Source of the DNA: a virus | Lineage: Duplodnaviria > Caudoviricetes | Length of the DNA stretch: 29,529 nt | Virus record (IMG/VR): IMGVR_UViG_3300020045_001466 | Coordinates: 1 to 29,529 of that record | Direction: 5' to 3' (one strand) | Position numbers and translations under genes: made by a program | The notes under the pieces: generated by a model | The model's input: only the letters and a program-made list of their open reading frames with translations | The model's database searches: none | Told to the model about the DNA's origin: nothing | Part shown: positions 22,767 through 29,529 of the stretch, one piece after another | How positions within the stretch are numbered: the first letter of the stretch is position 1 | Layout: every line of letters starts with the position of its first letter

Positions 22767-25700
22767 ACCACCGCCCTTGTTTCTGGAATGCCGTCAATAT
22801 CCCAACGCTCGACGACTTTTGTGAGCCTAGATTGTAGTTGCACAATGGCTCTGGCCTGCGCCTGATTGTCAACACGAAGGGCTGAAATTTCCTCGATCAG
22901 CACGGCCGTCGACGACGCGCCAGACATCAATCCGGACGTTGTCGAAGTTGGAGTGAGCTCCAATCCGTCGGTTTGCTGGCTATTCGTCAGGTCAACCGAT
23001 GAAATCGTTGCAATCGCCTTTTCTGCCGATCCAGCGCCGAGCACAGCCAGAGTCTCAGACAGGCTACCAGCCAAGAAGCCGCGCATACGGGCAACTTCGC
23101 TTGCCGTGCTGGCGGTAAGGGTAAACGCTTGCTCCAGTGCTGTGCTGATTGTTGGCAGCTTTGACAGTGCCGTCAGATCTCCAGCACGAGCCTGAGCCGT
23201 TGTGGTCGCAAACTGAGCTTGCAACGCAGCAGCAGACTGAGCCGATGCCGAGCCAGACATGGATTGCTTAAGTCGCTCGATCTCGCTGACAGTACCTTGG
23301 CTGGCTTGTTGCAGAGCCTCTTGTGCTGCTTTCTCATCTTGCAACGCCCAGATGCGCTCTTGCAACGCGCGGTTTGATTCATCCAGCGATGCCAGCTCAA
23401 TTTTGCGGATCTCGGCCACGTTGTTTGTCTCTTGCAGAAGTTGCATCTCAAGACTGCTTCGCTCGTTTGCAAGGTTCTGCTCAGCTTGAGCCGCCGCGTC
23501 AGCTGCTGCTTTTGCATCTTGAAGAGCCACAACTTGATCAAACAAAGCTCGGTTTGTCTGGTCGAGTGCCGCACGCTCCAACTCTCGAAGAGCCTTCGTG
23601 TCACCTTGCAATTGCAGGATTTGCTTGTCAAGACCTGTACGCTCCTGCGCCACAGCATCCTCGGCCTGCTTGCGAGCTGCTGCGGCTTGATCTGCCGATG
23701 CTTGGGCCGCATTGGCGTCTTGCAGGGCTGTAATCTTGTCGTACAGGGCTCGGTTGGTCTCGTCCAATGCAGCGCGTTCACGGGCGCGTAAAGCAACCGT
23801 GTCGCCCTGCAAATTAAGCAGAGTGTTTTCCAATCCAGTTCGCTGATTCGCAATTGCAGCTTTAGCCTGCTCAATTGAATCAATATACGCTGCAAACTGT
23901 GGAGCCAACTCGAGCAATGCGTCACGCTGACGCTTGCCAGCTTCTGTTGATGCGTCTTGAGCGTCAACCAGCTTTTTGTATTCAGCGATGGTCGTTGGCA
24001 TTTTTGCCGAAACCATATCTGGAACTAGCTCTTTGAACGTCTTCCAGATCAATCCGCCAAAAGCAGACAGTCCGGTTACATACTTACCCGTGATTTCTTT
24101 CCAACCGCTCTGAGTCTTGACGCCGATCGCTTCAAACGATGACTGCAAGTTCTTTAGGTAGTCGGCCTGCTGAGCGGCTGGGTCGAGTAGGTACTGCACG
24201 TAGTTGCCTTGCAGATTCTGACTAGCCTTGGTCACAGCATCGAATGCTGGTGCAAGAGAAATCAATGCCGCATAGGTTTTCTGGCCAGCGTCGGTGTTCA
24301 AATTCTGAGCGTTTACGAGCTGCTTGTACTGCTCGACACTCTTTGGAATTGCCAAGCCAATTGAACCGAAGCCGTCTTTGAGCGCCTTCGCGACTTGCGC
24401 ATTTTTCTCAAGATCAGAGAAGAACGCCTCGTAGTAGGCCGATGTCTGATTGCGGAAGTTTTCAACACCACCGAATACATCAATCAGGTTGCTAGCGGCG
24501 ACTGATGACTGTACCGAAATGGATAGCAAGTCATCGTTGAACAATTTCAGCGCAGAGTTGACAGCGCCAAGGCTATCGCTCAAGCGGATCAATGTCTGAG
24601 TCGCAGTCTCGCCTTCCTTCTTGACTGGAACAAACCAGCCATCGAAGAATGCAAATGCGTTGTCTTTGATGATTCGCTTGGCGAGATCCTCAGAAAACGC
24701 GCCAAGAGCGTCTTCGATCGCTTTACCCTGAGCTGTCGCATCCAACCCAGCCAAGCTAATCTTGATCGACTTGCTGTAGTTGTTGATCGAGCTCGCACCA
24801 GCACCAATCGACTTCGCGTAGTCGCGAGTCGATTCTGCGATGTTTTTCACAGACGAATCAAGGAAGCGATCCAACTCTGAAGCGACTGCGCTGAAGTTCG
24901 TGCCAGATCGGCTTGATCGGAACCATCCGCCAGACTGCGACCAGTCTTGGAAGTTCTGCACGTCAGCGCCAGATTGCGTCGACAGCGTGCCAGAGATTCC
25001 GGAGCCAGTTGTGCGAACAGAACCCATGCCAAACGCACGGTTGATGATGCCGGAAACAACGCCAGCCAGAGGGCCGATGTATGTCGAGCCGACAACTGTG
25101 GCAATGTCCATCAGCTTGCCGTTTCCAATCTTGTATTCACCGCTGATCGCCTTGCTCATTGCGTAGGCAGCAATAGCATTACCAGCCACAGTCAGCGCTT
25201 GCTGTGTAGCTAGGCCGCTCTGAGTCAGCGAATAAGACGCAGCTTGACTTGATGTCGCCGCCTCAGCAGTAGACAGGCCTAGTGCCTGTCCAGCACTTGA
25301 GCCTGCAACAGCTCCAAATCCCTGCGCAATGGCAGAAGCGACGCCGTCCGTCAAAACAGTCTTGATTCCGCTGAGCATCTGGTAAGTCGACATTCCGTTT
25401 GCAAAGCTCAATGACGAAGAGCTTGCGCCAGCTGATCCAGCGCCAGCTCCAGCGGCCTGAGCGCCAGCAGAGAACAGAGACAAGATGCCGCCGCCAACTG
25501 GCGCAATGATTGCTGAGATGGTCGGACGAAGAATCATCGTCTTAAACATATTCTCAAGCGTGTCTTTGAGGTTCGTGCCAAAGCTCTTACCGCTCTCAAA
25601 TCCACGCATCAAAGCGTCTGTCAAAGACTGGTTGATCTGATCGGCCGTCTTTGCAAAATCGTCTTGGATGACTTTGTTGACTGCGGCTGATTTTTCAATC

Positions 25701-27283
25701 GCCTTGGCTTCGTCAATAACCTCAATTGCGGCTTTCTTCTTGTCACCATTCATTCCAGATTGTTCAATCTCACGCAATTGTTTGGCGTACTTCAAATCAA
25801 CAGAACGAGCTGCAACAATCTTTTGTCGCTCAAGCGCAGTCAAGCCTGTGAGTCGCAACTCATCCTCATAGACCTTTGCGATCTCCTTGGCGTTGGCCAA
25901 AGACTCTTCGGCTCCAGCCATTATTGTTTCCGACTGAATTTTCTTTTGAACTTCACCGAGAGACGCGTATGCACCCTCAAGTTCTTTGAGCATTTTTCGT
26001 TCACCGGCGCTTTTCGCATTTGCGATCTGCTCAGAGACGCGCAAAGCCTCCTTCTCGCCTTCAGTGATCTTTGCTGCAAACTTGCCGCGCTCCTCAAGTC
26101 GGGAGAGCATCTCTTTCTCTGACTTAATGCGAGCTTGAACGGCTGAGATTTGACTGTTGATCGAGTCTGCGTATTCCTTGCCAGCGCCACGATTGATGCC
26201 AGCAATGACTGTTTCGTAATCGCGCAAAACTGCGTTGTACTCTGCGGTTCCTTTGGTTAGGCCGGTAAGAGCCTTTTCCTTGGCTGCGTCAGCTTGCGCA
26301 CGCTCCACTTCGCGCTTTTTCTCATCCGAGTAGAACGACTTGGCTTTCTCGCCAAGACCGATTGCCGCTGACTCTTGCTGATTTTTGATTCGCTTAGCCT
26401 CTGCGTCTGCGATGTCTTTGGTGATACCAAGGAAATCTTCTTGCAGCTTAATGCGAGCCTTCAAGTCTTCAATTTCTCGACCTGCGAGCTCTGAGCCTTG
26501 GCGACCTTCAAGAGACTTCAGGTACCCTTGCTTGTTGGCCAATTGCTCACGCAGCTTGTTAAGCTCCGCGTCTGGTCGGCCAATGTCAAGAAGGCCATCA
26601 CGCAGGCCAGCCAGCGCACCGACTGTCGACTCTTTGAGTGATTTCCAAGAGCCTTCGATCAGGCCAATGTTTGCAACCAGCTTAGGTGTCGCGCCCTCAA
26701 GAGATGCGGAGTAGGCATCCTGAGCTACCTTAGCAGCTTCTGTTGTCTTGCCCTGCTCTTCAAGCGCCTTAATTTGCGCATAGACAGATCGAGTCAGGTA
26801 GTTCGTCGACTCAGCCAGCTTCATAGAAGCCTGCAACGGAGCCTTACCAAGATCTTCAAAGTTTTTGATGACCTTGTCTACAGAGTCTCCGCCAGCTTTT
26901 TCAAACTCAATCGCAGCCTTGGTGAACCGTTCAAAATTCTCTTTTCCAATCTTGCCAGACTGTGCAAAAGCATTCAGAACCTCGGCCGCACGGCTTTGTG
27001 TGATCGCGCCTTTATCAAGGCTTGCGGCCATCTTGCTCAACTCAAGAGCCGTCGTGCCTGCCGCGTTGCCAGTCAAGATCAATGTCTTGTTGAAAGCCTC
27101 ATTCTCGGCCGCGCCCTTCATGTAGCCGTAGCCCAAGATTCCGATTGCAGCAGCAGCTGCGGTGAACGGATTCACCAATCCTGCGATGTAACCGCCAAGC
27201 GCTCGCGCAGCCAATCCTGCGCTGCCGAAAATGTCCTTGAGCTGGCCACCTTGTTGCAACAGCACAGTCAATGGAGCTTGACC
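22763..27283 (-). pseudogene. Tail tape-measure protein, N-terminus missing at an inversion junction
   Basis: Over 1500 Ala-rich helical codons; begins mid-domain with GQAPLTVLLQQGGQLKDIFG (lambdoid TMP motif normally preceded by more sequence); in-frame TGA at 27293-27295. Confidence 0.85.
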
Positions 27284-27309
27284 CGTTCCGCATCAACATG
27301 GGGATGTAA
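27277..27309 (+). pseudogene. 3' remnant of a head-tail connector gene (HK97 gp6-like)
   Basis: LDPFRINMGM* resembles the LL.P(Y/F)R C-terminus of gp6 connectors, and its stop abuts the head-closure ATG. Confidence 0.6.
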
Positions 27310-27630
27310 ATGCAAGCAGGCAGCCTAAAAAATCGCATGACGATTCAACAGCAGTCGGCTACTCAGGATGAGATTGGCCAGCCAGTCAGCACTTGGACGA
27401 CGTTTGCAACCGTGTGGGCTGAGATTCGCCACAAAAGCGGCATGGAGTCAATCAAATCTGGCGAGGTGACATCAACTGTCAAGGCTAGCATTCGCGTTCG
27501 CTACAAAGCCGGTGTGACGGCTGCTATGCGCGTTGTGCACGGCTCGGTGACATATCAGATCCAATCAGTTTTGCGCGATGTCGCAAACAAGGACTACATG
27601 GATCTGGTTTGCGAGGTATACGGTGGCTAA
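27310..27630 (+). CDS. Head-closure / head-tail adaptor protein (SPP1 gp16-like)
   Basis: AG.LKNRMTIQQ....QDEIGQP...W...ATVWAEI, IRVRY, MRV..G..TYQI..V. Confidence 0.9.
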   Translation: MQAGSLKNRMTIQQQSATQDEIGQPVSTWTTFATVWAEIRHKSGMESIKSGEVTSTVKASIRVRYKAGVTAAMRVVHGSVTYQIQSVLRDVANKDYMDLVCEVYGG

Positions 27631-28102
27631 AGGAGCCAAGAGCGTCAACATTCGTGTTGACACGTCTCAATTTGACGCTCTGATGTCTCGCCTTGAGGAT
27701 GCCGCAGAGGAATCTGTCAGGCCAGCCGCGCAAGCTGGAGCAAACGTGCTCTACGAAGAGGCCAAGCGATTGGCCGGTAGAAGCGACAAGCCGCACTTTT
27801 TCTATGGAACCTCATGGAAAAAAGGTGGAGACAGCAAAGCTGGCCGGTACAGGTTTGAGCCAGGCAACCTGCAAAAAGCCATCTATCAGGTCTACTCGAA
27901 AGACAACTCAACGACAGAAAAGGCCACTTACCATGTGAGCTGGAACTTCACCAAAGCTCCGTATGGATTATTCGTTGAGTACGGTCTAAACCCATTTGCA
28001 CCAAACAGAAAGCCGTTTCTTCGGCCTGCTTTGATCAACAAACGAGCCGAAGCGATTGCTGCGGTTGAAAGCGTCATCATGAAGAGGATCGGTGAACTAT
28101 GA
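27623..28102 (+). CDS. HK97 gp10-like tail completion protein
   Basis: AAQAGA.VLYEEAK, PGNL..AI, APYG.FVEYG, KPFLRPA; GTG start after GAGGT. Confidence 0.88.
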   Translation: MAKGAKSVNIRVDTSQFDALMSRLEDAAEESVRPAAQAGANVLYEEAKRLAGRSDKPHFFYGTSWKKGGDSKAGRYRFEPGNLQKAIYQVYSKDNSTTEKATYHVSWNFTKAPYGLFVEYGLNPFAPNRKPFLRPALINKRAEAIAAVESVIMKRIGEL

Positions 28103-28452
28103 GTCTCGAATCAAACGTCTACACGGTACTGAAAACTGTGTGCGATAACGTCTACCCAGACTTCGCTCCAGAGAACACGGCTCGCCCGTTTATCACTTGG
28201 AATCAGATCGGCGGCACGTCAATCAAACCACTTGGAAAGTCGGTTCCGAATATGCGCGAGGCAGTGATTCAGATCAACGTTTGGGCAGAAACAAGGCTTG
28301 GTGCATCTCAGTTGATTTTGGCCGCGGACTCCGCGCTGCGCACATCGACTCTGTTTGCTGCGCAGGCATCAGCAGAATTGGTTTCAGTTGCAGACCAAGA
28401 GACTGGATTGCGCGGCGCGATTCAGGACTTCGTTATTCGAGACTTGCGATAA
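28099..28452 (+). CDS. Tail terminator (DUF3168-like)
   Basis: VYPDFAP....RPFITWNQIGG, IQINVWAETR; position in the operon. Confidence 0.82.
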   Translation: MSLESNVYTVLKTVCDNVYPDFAPENTARPFITWNQIGGTSIKPLGKSVPNMREAVIQINVWAETRLGASQLILAADSALRTSTLFAAQASAELVSVADQETGLRGAIQDFVIRDLR

Positions 28453-28457
28453 AGAGC

Positions 28458-28504
28458 TTGCAACTCATACAAAAATCACTCTAAAATCTACGTAGAGTGG
28501 TTTT
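28458..28504 (+). promoter_or_regulatory. Possible internal promoter with an overlapping hairpin, upstream of the major tail gene
   Basis: TTGCAA-18 bp-TAAAAT; inverted repeat AAAATCACTCTA/TAGAGTGGTTTT. Confidence 0.4.
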
Positions 28505-28562
28505 CGCTCAATGGCGCACGTAAGTGCTTCGTCCGGCCGGACATTTCACAGGAGTTTTAATC

Positions 28563-29210
28563 ATGGCCTATTTCTTCCCCGAAGGCAGCAAGTTCTATTT
28601 TTCTCAGGACTTTGCCTCTGCCAAAACAATCACAGCGTTGTCTAACGCTTCCACTGCTGTGGCCACTGCGACTTCGCACGGCTACTCAGACGGCGACGAG
28701 GTCATCTTGACTTCTGGCTGGGAAGATGCGACCGACACCGTGTATAAAGTCGATTCTTTGACTGCTGACACATTCGGCGTCACTGGCTTGAACTCTACCG
28801 ACACAGACTTCTACTCTGCTGGCACTGGTACTGGCAACGCACAGAAAGTGTCTAGCTGGACTGAGATCCCTCAAGTGTTGACCATCGCCACTTCTGGCGG
28901 CGACGCTCGTTTCACGACCATCAGCCCAATCGCTCGTCGTAACTCGATCAACATCCCAACCGGCTTCAACGCCACCAGCATCACGCTAACTTTGGGTCAC
29001 GATCCATCAAACGCCAACTACATCACCATGCTCGACATCAGCCGCACTTTGTCTAAAGTCGCGTTCAAGATGGTCTTGTCTGGTGGCGCTGTGACCTACG
29101 GTTACGGCTACATGAGCGTGTCTGAGGCTCCATCTTTGAACGTCAACCAAGCAAACAGCGTCACTGCCGCCTTGACTTTGTTGGGTCGTTCGATTTCTTA
29201 CGCCAGCTAA
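28563..29210 (+). CDS. Major tail (tube) protein
   Basis: ACAGGAG RBS; MAYFFPEGSK..., WTEIPQVL...SGGD; position after the tail terminator; followed by a strong terminator. Confidence 0.88.
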   Translation: MAYFFPEGSKFYFSQDFASAKTITALSNASTAVATATSHGYSDGDEVILTSGWEDATDTVYKVDSLTADTFGVTGLNSTDTDFYSAGTGTGNAQKVSSWTEIPQVLTIATSGGDARFTTISPIARRNSINIPTGFNATSITLTLGHDPSNANYITMLDISRTLSKVAFKMVLSGGAVTYGYGYMSVSEAPSLNVNQANSVTAALTLLGRSISYAS

Positions 29211-29230
29211 TCACTGACGTAGGTTTACAG

Positions 29231-29268
29231 AAGCCCTGCATGAGAAATCATGCGGGGTTTTTGTTTTT
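29231..29268 (+). terminator. Rho-independent terminator
   Basis: AAGCCCTGCATGA-gaaa-TCATGCGGGGTTT followed by a U-rich tail. Confidence 0.85.
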
Positions 29269-29372
29269 GTGAATGTCACAACTGAAAAGTTTTTGGAATA
29301 CAATGGGTGAACCAAATGATCTGCTTGACAGCTCTTCTACTGGCATTCTCAACACCCAAAGGAAACATCCAA

Positions 29373-29529
29373 ATGGCAAAAATCGTACTTGGCTCACGCC
29401 CTAAAAACTTCAAAGCAATCGTCAACATCCCAATGCTTGAAGGTGGCGAAGGCTCTATCGAGATGAGCTACGTGTACCGCACGCGCACAGAGTTCGGCAA
29501 AATGATCGACACACTGATGGACGACGCTG
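29373..29529 (+). CDS. Tail assembly chaperone, 3'-truncated by the window edge
   Basis: AAAGGA RBS; MAKIVLGSRPKNFKAIVNIP...IEMSYVYRTRTEF; position after the major tail gene. Confidence 0.75.
   Translation, partial: MAKIVLGSRPKNFKAIVNIPMLEGGEGSIEMSYVYRTRTEFGKMIDTLMDDA

Noticed and set aside
27271-27309. 12-aa mini-ORF MELDPFRINMGM as a real gene
   Set aside because: Its ATG comes from the antisense strand of the tape-measure sequence and has no RBS; it is better explained as a junction product.
22866-27338. Numerous + strand and alternate-frame ORFs within the tape-measure gene (likewise within primase and helicase)
   Set aside because: Shadow ORFs of long genes, with no RBS or motif support.
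29267-29304. TTGTGA-atg-TCACAA palindrome plus TACAAT as another copy of the early operator and promoter
   Set aside because: Half-sites are in the opposite order and spacing to TCAC-N4-GTGA, it overlaps the terminator tail, and the -35 is weak.

Overview
About 29.5 kb of a tailed dsDNA phage with HK97-style siphovirus tail genes. The host is probably a proteobacterium, an inference from gene style only. From left to right: (1) a compositionally distinct cluster of small, tightly coupled + strand genes, a terminator and a GC-rich non-coding tract (1-2040), in which I found no GATC, GATG/CATC or CAGG/CCTG; (2) an IHF-consensus site, a candidate cos region, an HNH gene and a dyad-symmetric iteron origin; (3) a - strand replication/recombination operon (RecE-like exonuclease, Nmad5-like protein, Sak4-like AAA ATPase, SSB, VRR-NUC, primase-helicase preceded by a c4-like structured RNA); (4) a divergent + strand operon (DNA methyltransferase, SF2 helicase, Cro-like HTH, MazG-like, AlpA-like, many small genes, and four genes built from shared short DNA blocks); (5) a - strand lysis and tail-tip module with a GIY-YIG endonuclease next to the tail-fibre genes; (6) a tape-measure gene broken at about 27280 and joined back to back, through a short overlap, to the 3' end of a head-tail connector gene, after which the neck and tail genes run on the + strand. 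That junction is an inversion breakpoint, either biological or an amplification/assembly chimera. I saw no integrase, CI repressor, DNA polymerase, tRNA or CRISPR array. All family assignments come from motif recognition by eye, not database searches.
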